From positions 1 through 64,000 of IMG/VR virus record IMGVR_UViG_3300006919_000042: DNA of 64,000 bases. One strand, 5' to 3'. How positions within the stretch are numbered: the stretch's first letter is position 1; each line of letters starts with the position of its first letter. This DNA is from a virus. Below the pieces are notes generated by a model, which ran no database searches, was not told the DNA's origin, and saw only the letters and a list, made by a program, of their open reading frames with translations. Positions 51,298 through 60,598 of this stretch are shown here, in pieces. A program made the translations under genes and the position numbers.

Positions 51298-52059
51298 ATG
51301 CCAAGAAAATCAATTGTTACACCAGAGAACATCGCAGCATTGCGAGACTTCCTATTGAAGGTTAGAGCGACTAACCACGATGGCTTAAAGCCAAAAGTAA
51401 CATCTCAGCAAGGAAGAGACTTCCTTAAAGAGTATGACATTCCAAATCCACAAGGAGTATGGAAAATCTTAGTTAGTGAAGGATTCGTTAGAAAACGTTT
51501 GAAGTCACTTAGAGGTGGTATAGTATGGATCAATCCAGTAGTGCCATGTAATCAAATGGCTAAGAAAATCTACAAAGAAGCCACTGCATTTAGAGCTACT
51601 CAGAATCAGAAATCTCTTCAGAAGAAGAACACACCAGTTGTAGTTGTTCAAGGGAATCAAAAGCAGCCACTTACTATCTTAGATCAGAGAGTGTTAGATG
51701 TATTGTCACAATCATTCACTATTGAGCAAGCATATGAATGTGGACAAATTTTCAACCTTAATCGTTCGTCAATTGATCGATTAGTTCGTAAATTAATTGA
51801 CGCAAGTAAGATTGTAAGTAATGGTACACGCTCATGGGTTAAAGTTCCAAAAGACGTTGAGGTGGAGGCAACGGGAACATTAGTATCTAACCAAGAGGTT
51901 GAAAGTGTTGATCTAAACACTACTTACAAACAATCATTGAAGAATTCAATCAAGGTACTATCTGACAAGATGGAGAAGGACAAAATCCTAATCGAAGAAC
52001 TCAAGTTGGAGTATATTAATAACCAGATTGCATTGCTTCAATTGAAAAAGTTGCAATAA
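51298..52059 (+). CDS. Basic protein with a wHTH-like segment
   Basis: Promoter and leader box; FTIEQAYECG..SIDRLVRKL. Confidence 0.6.
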   Translation: MPRKSIVTPENIAALRDFLLKVRATNHDGLKPKVTSQQGRDFLKEYDIPNPQGVWKILVSEGFVRKRLKSLRGGIVWINPVVPCNQMAKKIYKEATAFRATQNQKSLQKKNTPVVVVQGNQKQPLTILDQRVLDVLSQSFTIEQAYECGQIFNLNRSSIDRLVRKLIDASKIVSNGTRSWVKVPKDVEVEATGTLVSNQEVESVDLNTTYKQSLKNSIKVLSDKMEKDKILIEELKLEYINNQIALLQLKKLQ

Positions 52060-52122
52060 GCTCCGCAAAGCTACTTGCTGGCCACAGACGTGTGTAGATC
52101 AGTATTGTTAGCCTAAGAGTTT

Positions 52123-52157
52123 AAGTCCCTACATTATATCGATGTAGGGATTTTTTT
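52123..52157 (+). terminator. Intrinsic terminator
   Basis: TCCCTACAT...ATGTAGGGA-T7. Confidence 0.85.
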
Positions 52158-52223
52158 ATTAAAGTTGCTAAAGAGATGTAAAGACCATATCTTCGAGCCT
52201 CATTAATATAAAACAATGTAAAA

Positions 52224-52691
52224 ATGAAAAAAGTATTATTAGTATTAGCATTGTGCTTCTCTGCGATGATCGTAGTAGCACAAGAAACAGTAAACAAGGC
52301 AGATATAATTGATCTAGCTGTGTACAAAACGTTAGATGCCGGAATGGGTACAGATATCTTCTTAGCTGAAGTAGATGTGACTTTAGTAGGTATCAATACA
52401 TCGGTAGGTTATATGTTTGCTGGTGGAGAGTCTACCAAGCAGATATCGCTAGGTTTAGGTAAATCAATTGATGTAGGAACATTAACTCTTACACCGTCTA
52501 TTTATGGAGCAACTCTTATCAATACCGGAGGAGGCGACTACATTTACGGTTTAGATGGAGAACTCGACGTCAAAGTATTTAATTGGTTGGCAGCAACTGG
52601 TAAGTATCAATGGACACAAAACAACAGTCAACCCTTTGCGCTGGATAACTTTGGAGCCAATTATTTGGTAGGAGTTAAGGTCACGTTATAA
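52224..52691 (+). CDS. Putative 8-stranded outer-membrane beta-barrel protein
   Basis: Signal peptide; beta-strand pattern; terminal YLVGVKVTL. Confidence 0.6.
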   Translation: MKKVLLVLALCFSAMIVVAQETVNKADIIDLAVYKTLDAGMGTDIFLAEVDVTLVGINTSVGYMFAGGESTKQISLGLGKSIDVGTLTLTPSIYGATLINTGGGDYIYGLDGELDVKVFNWLAATGKYQWTQNNSQPFALDNFGANYLVGVKVTL

Positions 52692-52711
52692 AGAGAGACA
52701 TAAATTATTTG

Positions 52712-52746
52712 AAATCCCACATCTTAATTGGTGTGGGATTTTTTTT
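52712..52746 (+). terminator. Intrinsic terminator
   Basis: AAATCCCACATC-ttaatt-GGTGTGGGATTT plus T-run. Confidence 0.85.
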
Positions 52747-52812
52747 GCACTAAAAAGTTGCTCAATAGATATAAGTTGGTTATCTTTAGGCATAATTAAA
52801 ATCGGAAAAATT

Positions 52813-53367
52813 ATGAAAACTCAATTAACACCTCAAGAAAGAAAAGCAGCCAAAGCTGCAAAAGAACGTCAACATCAGTTAGATAAAGCGTTCAAATTCC
52901 TTAGCAAACAGACCACTTTAATGAGAGAGCGTTATTATAACGCTGCTATCTCATTTGGTACACGTCAGATCGAGAATGCAATTACTGATATGGAACAGCA
53001 GATCGCAGAGCATGGTATGACAGATAATAGAAAACATTGGTTGAAACTACGTATGGATAGAAGAAACTACATTACTACTTCAAGTTGTGGTTGGTTGAAA
53101 GACGCAGAGGAAGTGTTCGACTCACGTTTAATTAAGATGTCAACAAGATTAGAAGAATTCGGATTCTTGAACAGTAGATTATATATGAAAGTAGCTAACG
53201 TTAATAGTGAAGACTCAAGAGAATTCAGTTTCGAGATTGATATCACTAAGTACGAACATGGTAAGACAGAACCAACTAAGGTAGGTACAGCTCACGCTCG
53301 TTTAATTTGGGTTGAGTGTACTGAGAAGACTTCACATTGGAGATTCATCTGCACAAAAAGAAAATAA
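52813..53367 (+). CDS. Hypothetical protein
   Basis: Promoter and leader box; C-terminal HWRFICT. Confidence 0.65.
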   Translation: MKTQLTPQERKAAKAAKERQHQLDKAFKFLSKQTTLMRERYYNAAISFGTRQIENAITDMEQQIAEHGMTDNRKHWLKLRMDRRNYITTSSCGWLKDAEEVFDSRLIKMSTRLEEFGFLNSRLYMKVANVNSEDSREFSFEIDITKYEHGKTEPTKVGTAHARLIWVECTEKTSHWRFICTKRK

Positions 53368-53423
53368 TATTTATTATTAATCGAGTGCATCCTATAAGAT
53401 GCACTCACAATACATCGGAAATT

Positions 53424-53786
53424 ATGAACAAAAAGATGATTTTAGTAAGATTCGCATTCGGTCCAAGTATCGAGGTGAATAAAGTGTTGGTAGAGCACAT
53501 GACACAGAGAGGAAGTATGACAGTACTTCCAGGAGTTGTAGTAACTGTTTTTGACACAGATAGTACAATTGCTCAGATTGATACAGATCTACGTGCAATC
53601 GACGTATTTTACACTTTAAGTGAAATGAATGATGAAACATTCAAAGGTAACGTTCCAGGATTGGATGAAGGACCAGATCAAATCGGTGCACCTGAGATGT
53701 CACTTGAAGATCAACTTGCAGCTGCAGTTGCAGAACAAGATTATGAGAAGGCTGCATTACTACAAAAGCAGATATCTGCGCAGTAA
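53424..53786 (+). CDS. Protein with a C-terminal UVR (UvrB/UvrC) motif
   Basis: LEDQLAAAVAEQDYEKAALLQKQI; start reassigned to follow the ACATCGGAA box. Confidence 0.7.
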   Translation: MNKKMILVRFAFGPSIEVNKVLVEHMTQRGSMTVLPGVVVTVFDTDSTIAQIDTDLRAIDVFYTLSEMNDETFKGNVPGLDEGPDQIGAPEMSLEDQLAAAVAEQDYEKAALLQKQISAQ

Positions 53787-53802
53787 TCAGTAAGTTAAGT
53801 AT

Positions 53803-53831
53803 AAAAGGCTCCACATTGGGGCCTTTTTTTT
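53803..53831 (+). terminator. Intrinsic terminator
   Basis: AAAAGGCTCCA-cat-TGGGGCCTTTT plus T-run. Confidence 0.8.
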
Positions 53832-53892
53832 GTTGCAAGAAAGATATATAAAGTGTATCTTTATGTATTATTAACAGTTAAAATCGGAAATC

Positions 53893-55035
53893 ATGAGAAA
53901 ATCAGTTAAATTTTTATACAATCACAAGCAAGTTTGCGTTGAGAACATCGCAGATAGTAGTTTTAGTAAATCACCATTGAAGCCTATGCTTTATATGAAG
54001 GATGTTGTAGCACGTTTAGGTAAGTCAGGACTAATTGACATTATATCGAACTTCAAGCCATTCAGAACACGTGACTTTAAGAACGCACACACAGATGAGT
54101 ATGTCAACGATTTCTTCACAGGAGGTCCTAAAAGAGAGTCGAACAGTATTCCTTGGAGCAAGAAACTTGCCAATTCAGTTAAGTGGACAAACAGTAGTCT
54201 TTACAATGCAGTTGAACAATCATATTTAGATCCAAACAATCTTTATGTTAGTCCTACAAGTGGCTTTCATCATGCTGGACCAAACGGAGGTATGGGATTC
54301 TGTACATTTAGTGGTCAGGTGATTGCTAGTTTGAAGATGTACCGTAAATATGGTGTTAAAGGTGCTTATTTAGATTTAGATGGTCACTATGGTAACAGTA
54401 TCGGTGATTCAAGAGAATTTGTTCAAAACAAATATGGTTGGAACCTAGATGATATCATTCAAATGAACATCAACCCAAGAGGAACGGGATCTCAATATAT
54501 TGATGATTTCGTGATGAGCTTAGGTACATTAGCTAATAAGATCCGTCAAGGTGACGTTGATTATATCGTATGGTGTCATGGTGCTGATTCTCACAAGGAT
54601 GATGACTTAGGTAGCCAATTAACTACCAATGAGTGGAAGAGCGTTAGTTCAATATTCTATACTTGGTTAAACAAATTAGAGCTTGAACTTGGACGTAAGA
54701 TTCCTTTGACATTATCGTTATTTGGTGGGTACAGAAGAGATGATTATCAAAGTGTTATCAACTTACATCTTAGTGATTTGATGATAGGTATATCAGTATT
54801 GCTTGGGAAGTTCATGCCAATCGATGATTTAGAGATTAAAGATAAAGTCAGAGTAGTTGACACTACCATCTACATAGATGAAGGTGACTTAGCTGATATG
54901 ATTGATATCACAGGATTGAGTAGAAGCGTTTGTAAATCAGCTCTAGTGAATGCTAAAGGTGATTTCGAAGATGCATTCAAAGCTCTTGATGAAAACAAAG
55001 TTGAAGGCAAGCAAACAAAATTGGTGTTATTTTAG
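53893..55035 (+). CDS. Zn-dependent histone-deacetylase-family protein with a C-terminal UBA-like domain
   Basis: GFHHA, GFCTF, LDLDGHYGN, GADSHKDDDLG, FGGY. Confidence 0.88.
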   Translation: MRKSVKFLYNHKQVCVENIADSSFSKSPLKPMLYMKDVVARLGKSGLIDIISNFKPFRTRDFKNAHTDEYVNDFFTGGPKRESNSIPWSKKLANSVKWTNSSLYNAVEQSYLDPNNLYVSPTSGFHHAGPNGGMGFCTFSGQVIASLKMYRKYGVKGAYLDLDGHYGNSIGDSREFVQNKYGWNLDDIIQMNINPRGTGSQYIDDFVMSLGTLANKIRQGDVDYIVWCHGADSHKDDDLGSQLTTNEWKSVSSIFYTWLNKLELELGRKIPLTLSLFGGYRRDDYQSVINLHLSDLMIGISVLLGKFMPIDDLEIKDKVRVVDTTIYIDEGDLADMIDITGLSRSVCKSALVNAKGDFEDAFKALDENKVEGKQTKLVLF

Positions 55036-55059
55036 TAAATTGCCGAAAATTAATTCGGC

Positions 55060-56790
55060 ATGAATATTGACAACATACAAAAAGGAGATTACATTTTCAT
55101 TGATGGTCCGCTAGATAGTAAAGCTGTAGTAAACAGACTTGCCAATTTAGGGGACCTTCCGACGTTCATTGAGAGCGTCGATGTAATAAAGGCATTTGGA
55201 GATATGAATCAAGATGTCACAGATCTTGTATCAAAGGCTAGAAACATCGGAAATCTAGTTGCAGTTAAGCGTATGATGGTTAGTAAGAATGGCCGAGCAT
55301 ACATGAAGACTGTTTATGTCAAGAAAGAAGAGATTGAAGAAAGTCCGAAAACCAAACGATTCTTAGAGCAACATGAAGCTGAAATGGGATTGAGTGCTGG
55401 AGATAAGGTTACAGCTAAGTTCGTTGGATACAGCACTGGAACTAAATATGAATTTGAGCACTTCAAAGTAAAAACAATCACTGCAGATAAAGTGACGTTA
55501 GAATTCACTAAGCCATTTACAGCAAACAGAAACTACACATATTCAGTAGGAGCAGAAATAGTAGTACCAAGATCGAGTTCTCCTGATTGGAACCCAGACA
55601 CATCATTCGCTAAACCTAAAGTGGTGGCACCAACACCAGTTGTAGCTGATATGAAGGTAGTTGAGTCGATTGATGATATATCAGTAGGTGACGAAGTATT
55701 AGTTAAACAAAGAGGTGATGCACCAGATGTACCAGGAGAGATCCGCTACATACATCCTGCAGGTAATTTTATCGACATCAAAGTAGGCACCAAAGTATTG
55801 CGTAGAAAACTAGGTAGATTTTCAATTGGTAATATACCAACAGCACAGCCATTAACCATTGCTGGAATAAGTGATTTAACACAACATGGAATTGTTGTTA
55901 GTTTACCAGGTGTGCGAACCATTCCACGTATTGATAGAAATCGCGTTATAGGAACAGAAGATTATCAAGCAACAATTCGCGTTGACAGATTCGGCAATCC
56001 AAATGATAGAGGGAGAAGTAGAGCAACGGTTACTAGACAACGAAACACATACTATTCAAGAACAGATGCTGAGATGGCAGCACTACAAGGTTCACAGACC
56101 TCTGATGCACTTGATAAATTCAATGAAGCATTTCCAGGAATCAACCTAGAGCAATATGCAAACGAAACCAAAGCCGCTTTTAGAGCAGCTTATCCTGGTA
56201 TCAGTGATAGTTCAATTGGTGAGATTAAGATTGATATCAACAGAGACGGTGGGTTTGGATTAGCTATTGATAATAGCAAAATAAGAATGACGCGTAAGTT
56301 TAATGCTACAGCTAAGTCAGTATATCATTCATACTTCGTAGTTAAAGGTGGCACATCTGCACAAGGAAATGGAGTAGGTAAAGGTTTATTTAGAGCACTT
56401 TATAAACAATATAAGAATATGGGAATCAAGAAAATCTCAGTTAGTGCTAATATTAATGTTGGTGGTTATGCTTGGGGAAGATATGGTTTCACAGCAGGAA
56501 ATGCACAAGCAGAAAGGTATGTTCGATCATTTGAACAAAATGTTGGTCGTGAGAAAGCTGGATACACAATCACTCGAGAAGATGCTCAGACAGCAAGACG
56601 TGTTTATGAGGATTGGACCAATGCAAATGGATCTGATGCTAGATTTCCAATGAACTTACTGTGTTGTATAGGAACGAATAATAAAGCAGGGAAAGGAATA
56701 CTACTTAACACAAGTTGGAGTGGTGAATTAAACCTAACTAACACCAGACAGAGAACACACTTTGAGAATTACATAGGATTTAGTGGCTAG
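55060..56790 (+). CDS. Multidomain protein with a C-terminal GNAT acetyltransferase-like domain
   Basis: QGNGVGKGLF (acetyl-CoA motif A), SANINVGGYAWGRYGF. Confidence 0.6.
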   Translation: MNIDNIQKGDYIFIDGPLDSKAVVNRLANLGDLPTFIESVDVIKAFGDMNQDVTDLVSKARNIGNLVAVKRMMVSKNGRAYMKTVYVKKEEIEESPKTKRFLEQHEAEMGLSAGDKVTAKFVGYSTGTKYEFEHFKVKTITADKVTLEFTKPFTANRNYTYSVGAEIVVPRSSSPDWNPDTSFAKPKVVAPTPVVADMKVVESIDDISVGDEVLVKQRGDAPDVPGEIRYIHPAGNFIDIKVGTKVLRRKLGRFSIGNIPTAQPLTIAGISDLTQHGIVVSLPGVRTIPRIDRNRVIGTEDYQATIRVDRFGNPNDRGRSRATVTRQRNTYYSRTDAEMAALQGSQTSDALDKFNEAFPGINLEQYANETKAAFRAAYPGISDSSIGEIKIDINRDGGFGLAIDNSKIRMTRKFNATAKSVYHSYFVVKGGTSAQGNGVGKGLFRALYKQYKNMGIKKISVSANINVGGYAWGRYGFTAGNAQAERYVRSFEQNVGREKAGYTITREDAQTARRVYEDWTNANGSDARFPMNLLCCIGTNNKAGKGILLNTSWSGELNLTNTRQRTHFENYIGFSG

Positions 56791-56837
56791 AAAGATATAA
56801 AAGATGTATCTTTATTGATTATAAATACAATACAATT

Positions 56838-57044
56838 ATGAATAACAATGAAGTTTCAGTTGAACTCGCTGGCGACAATGGGTTTACGATAGAGACACAA
56901 GCAGCAGAAAGCTACGCTGACTATGAGGCGTACTTAGAATTGAAGAAATTGCAGTTTTCCGATGAAGATGCAGCAGCCCATATGGGTATGACTGTAAAGA
57001 AATTAAACATCATTATAGAAGCATACGATCCAGGAACAGAATAA
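56838..57044 (+). CDS. Small acidic protein with its own conserved promoter
   Basis: 68 aa; promoter at 56783-56813. Confidence 0.6.
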   Translation: MNNNEVSVELAGDNGFTIETQAAESYADYEAYLELKKLQFSDEDAAAHMGMTVKKLNIIIEAYDPGTE

Positions 57045-57079
57045 TTACTATCTTTGAGACAAAATTAAAATAGAAACAG

Positions 57080-57544
57080 ATGACAGACCAACAATTATTT
57101 TATCAGTTGATTCAATCAATATCTTCCGAGACTAGCGTTTCAGTCAACACAACAGAAGCAGAGCAGCTTTCAGTAGTAGCTCAATTTTTATCGAAGTTAA
57201 AACCACAAAAGACAATTGCAATGAACATAAGTCAAAGTGGTGGAGCAGTTGCTCCGGATATGATTATGGTACTCAACGAAACAGAATATCAAGTTACGTG
57301 GACCTATGTAGCGGTAGGCTCGTATGCCTTCGTATTACCAGGAGACCTAACAAGTAAGGCGTTGTGGATAGTTGGAGGAGGATATGAAAGTTCTCAATCT
57401 CAAATCACAGCATCAATAGTCTATTCTTCAAAAACCGACGAGACATCCTTTGGGGTATCGACGAGAGAGGGCGCTGGTTGGCCGTTAACGTCAGCAGAAG
57501 GTCTGTTAGACCTACTTTCTTGTAAGTTAGAAATCTACGAGTAG
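57080..57544 (+). CDS. Hypothetical protein (possibly virion)
   Basis: 154 aa; TATCTTTG upstream. Confidence 0.55.
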   Translation: MTDQQLFYQLIQSISSETSVSVNTTEAEQLSVVAQFLSKLKPQKTIAMNISQSGGAVAPDMIMVLNETEYQVTWTYVAVGSYAFVLPGDLTSKALWIVGGGYESSQSQITASIVYSSKTDETSFGVSTREGAGWPLTSAEGLLDLLSCKLEIYE

Positions 57545-58029
57545 TGGATTATAGTGAAAACAGTCGTAGGTATAAAGAGTACTTAAAACAAACATCACAC
57601 TTAATAGATAACAATAGAGAAACTACGTATTGGGGCAATATTCCAGTACGTAGTCGCTTTTTAAGACCACTACACTTAGCATATAAGAGTGGAATGCGAT
57701 TCGTTGATTTAGGATGCGGAGCAGGCAATGTATTGCGATTTGCACACAATATTGGCTATCAAGTTACAGGAGTGGAGATTGACGGTAAATTTATTGAATA
57801 TATTGATGATTTTGAGTGGTACATTACCAACATGGAAGACTTAGAGCCAGCGTTTTATAAAAGGTTTGATGTAATATACAGCTACTTACCAATTAAGGAG
57901 GGAAAGCAACAATATTTAGACAAGATAGTCACTCACATGAACGTCGGATCATTCATACTTACACCTGACACACACATTAAAGATAAAAGATTGATTAGAT
58001 TAGAGGAGTATTTTTACAAAAGGATCTAA
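57544..58029 (+). CDS. Class I SAM-dependent methyltransferase
   Basis: FVDLGCGAG, GVEID, FDVIYSY. Confidence 0.85.
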   Translation: MDYSENSRRYKEYLKQTSHLIDNNRETTYWGNIPVRSRFLRPLHLAYKSGMRFVDLGCGAGNVLRFAHNIGYQVTGVEIDGKFIEYIDDFEWYITNMEDLEPAFYKRFDVIYSYLPIKEGKQQYLDKIVTHMNVGSFILTPDTHIKDKRLIRLEEYFYKRI

Positions 58030-58106
58030 TTTACCACTGAACTCGTGGGGACTTTTTTTTGGGTCGCAATCCAATAATAAGTACCTTTAGACAAATTATC
58101 ACACAC

Positions 58107-59402
58107 ATGGACTTAGAACAACAAATCAGGAATCAAAGAGTAGAACGAGCAAATCAATTACGCAAATCAATGTCATCTGACATATCCAAAGGAGGGGCCT
58201 TAGGTCAGGAAGGTGAAGTAAGAACATACGCAAATGGGAAAAAGTATAAGAAAACGGGTAATAAGTGGGTTGAAGTGGGCTCTGATAAGAAGTCTAAGAA
58301 GCAAGATGAAAAGGGCGGTGAGAAGAATAAAGCGCAGGCTGGAGAATCTTCTGTAGATCGACACGAGACAGCTCAACTTACGCACATGAAATCATTAGTT
58401 GAGAGTGGAGATCATGCAAAAGCATATGAAATCTACCAATCACTATCTCCAGAAGCTCAGAACGCTGTGCCTCAAAATATTGTCAATGATATGGTTAAGG
58501 ATGGTCACTCTGAAAAGACTGATCCAGCTAAAGAGATATTTGAAGACAAAAAAGACGTAAAGAAGGAAGAGAAGCCTGCTGAAAAACCTACTGAGAAGAA
58601 AGAATCTCTCAAAGTAGGAGATACATTTGATATGTATGGAAGAGAAGCTAAAATTCTTTCAATTGATGGAGATAAAGCTACAATTCAATGGGGTAATGGA
58701 GATCCTATGACGCAAGATAAAGCAGGTTTAGAAAAAATGAAGAATGAAGGACCTGAGTTACAAAAAAAGATTGATGCGATAGATGAGAAGAATAAGCAAA
58801 AAGAGCAACAGAAAAAAGAAATACAAGCATCTGTAAAAAATGTAATAAAAGAAGCTCTTGGAGGCGATTTGAGATTAAGTTCAGTTTCAGAAAGAGGAGG
58901 AAGATATAGTCAAGGAAGCGTCACTCCAGAACAGAGAGCTAAGGTATTATCTGCGTTCAAGAATGCAGATAATTCAGTTAAAACAGATGCAAAAGGAACG
59001 TATGATGGAGATACTGGATATTTAGATTTTGGATCTCATACAGTACATTTAATAAATGCACGAAATAAACCAGAGGAGAGAATTGCATTTGAGATAAGGC
59101 CTAAGCGAGACGTTCAAATCAAAAAGGCTTGGGATACATTAGGTTTTACTAAAGCAGAAGACCTTAAAGGTGGTCTTGCAGACGGAATGTCATGTGGAGA
59201 TATAGCTAAGAAGCATGGTGTAACAAAAGAGGCTATTGAAGCGCAATTAGCAATGGGGATTAAAGTGGAAATGGAACACACCAACGATAAGAGTAAAGCA
59301 TCAGAGATTGCACACGATCACTTATTTGAAGATCCAAAATACTACACCAAACTCGCTAAGATGGAGAGTGTAAAGAAATCATTTAAAATACTAGGACTAT
59401 AA
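58107..59402 (+). CDS. Probable internal head protein with a C-terminal DUF5661-like module
   Basis: Shared N-terminal motif; GIKVEMEH..A..IAHDHL.E.PKYYTKL. Confidence 0.55.
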   Translation: MDLEQQIRNQRVERANQLRKSMSSDISKGGALGQEGEVRTYANGKKYKKTGNKWVEVGSDKKSKKQDEKGGEKNKAQAGESSVDRHETAQLTHMKSLVESGDHAKAYEIYQSLSPEAQNAVPQNIVNDMVKDGHSEKTDPAKEIFEDKKDVKKEEKPAEKPTEKKESLKVGDTFDMYGREAKILSIDGDKATIQWGNGDPMTQDKAGLEKMKNEGPELQKKIDAIDEKNKQKEQQKKEIQASVKNVIKEALGGDLRLSSVSERGGRYSQGSVTPEQRAKVLSAFKNADNSVKTDAKGTYDGDTGYLDFGSHTVHLINARNKPEERIAFEIRPKRDVQIKKAWDTLGFTKAEDLKGGLADGMSCGDIAKKHGVTKEAIEAQLAMGIKVEMEHTNDKSKASEIAHDHLFEDPKYYTKLAKMESVKKSFKILGL

Positions 59403-60598
59403 TGGACCAAATTAGAAAAGCGATATTACAACAACAGCTTGAAAGAGCTGAGAACATAGCTGAAACCTTCGAGAAGGGTCAGGCACTTCCTAATGGTACT
59501 ATACGTAGAAGACCTAATGGCAACTTCATCAAAACACCTGCAGGGTGGAAGTATCATTCAAGTTTGAGTGCTAATAGTTCAAATGCTGTTGAGAGTGCTA
59601 ATAATGCACAAGCAGTGAGAAATGCACCAGCACCACAACCACAATTGTTGGGGATAGTTGATAATCAAAAAGTTTATAATATGCCATCTAGTCCGGAAAA
59701 AGAGTCCGCTGAATATGTTGGATTAGTAGAAAGTCAGAGAGCATATAAAAGAATAGCAACTAAACCTTCAATGCCTAAAGTAGGCGCTAGTGTTAAAATC
59801 AGTCAGCAAGGAGCTAAGCTGATATCACTACAGCCATTTGAAGGAAAAACTCTTACAGTAGAAAAGATTGTTGATACCGGACTGATAAGTGAACCTCAAC
59901 AAGTTAAGGTGACTGATGGTAAGGGAAGTTCGATCATTGTTAGTGTAAAAGACCTTCAACCAGTAAAGGAGGCTACTAAAGCTGCATCAAAAGAAAAGAT
60001 TACTACATTCGCTAATATGAGTGATGAAGGCAAGAAGGAATTAACAAAAATTGTTACCGATCCAAGTTTAGAGAAATTAAGCTCTTGGAATGGTGACCGA
60101 AACAATAAGATAATAGAGATGGTCTCAGCTAAATTTAAGCTCGATCCATCAAGAGAAGCTAAAGAGCAGGTTGTTGCTTTATATAAAGAAAGAAGTGCTG
60201 TAAAGAAACTTGCAATAAGTGCAATTTTAGATAAGTATCGACCTAATCACGGTAAGCCTATAACTAAACAAGCTGTTAAAGAGGCTATGCAAATCGACCC
60301 AAAAACTGCTCAGACGTTGATGAATCATAAGCTCAGAGCGGCGAATTGGGAATCGAGTGGCAATCCATCAAGTCATCAAACAATCAAAGGAGACAAATTA
60401 ATAATCAGAATGCCAAGAGGATCTCGTGATTGGGATAGACCGAAAGGGAATGATAAGACTCAGATGAAAACAATTATGAGTGACTTAGGATTTAAGTTGT
60501 TGAAGGAAGATTTGACTGATCCGTATGAATGGCAAGATGATAAGGGAGGTTCGGGAACGTCGAGAGATGATCAATTCACATTCAAAATGCCTAAATAA
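59402..60598 (+). CDS. Probable internal head protein (paralog)
   Basis: IRKA..FEKG-QALPNGTIR..FIKTPAGWKYH. Confidence 0.5.
   Translation: MDQIRKAILQQQLERAENIAETFEKGQALPNGTIRRRPNGNFIKTPAGWKYHSSLSANSSNAVESANNAQAVRNAPAPQPQLLGIVDNQKVYNMPSSPEKESAEYVGLVESQRAYKRIATKPSMPKVGASVKISQQGAKLISLQPFEGKTLTVEKIVDTGLISEPQQVKVTDGKGSSIIVSVKDLQPVKEATKAASKEKITTFANMSDEGKKELTKIVTDPSLEKLSSWNGDRNNKIIEMVSAKFKLDPSREAKEQVVALYKERSAVKKLAISAILDKYRPNHGKPITKQAVKEAMQIDPKTAQTLMNHKLRAANWESSGNPSSHQTIKGDKLIIRMPRGSRDWDRPKGNDKTQMKTIMSDLGFKLLKEDLTDPYEWQDDKGGSGTSRDDQFTFKMPK

Noticed and set aside
57544-58029. DNA methyltransferase or deazaguanine-tailoring enzyme
   Set aside because: No DPPY/NPPY or PC motif and about 41 kb from the dpd cluster; substrate cannot be assigned
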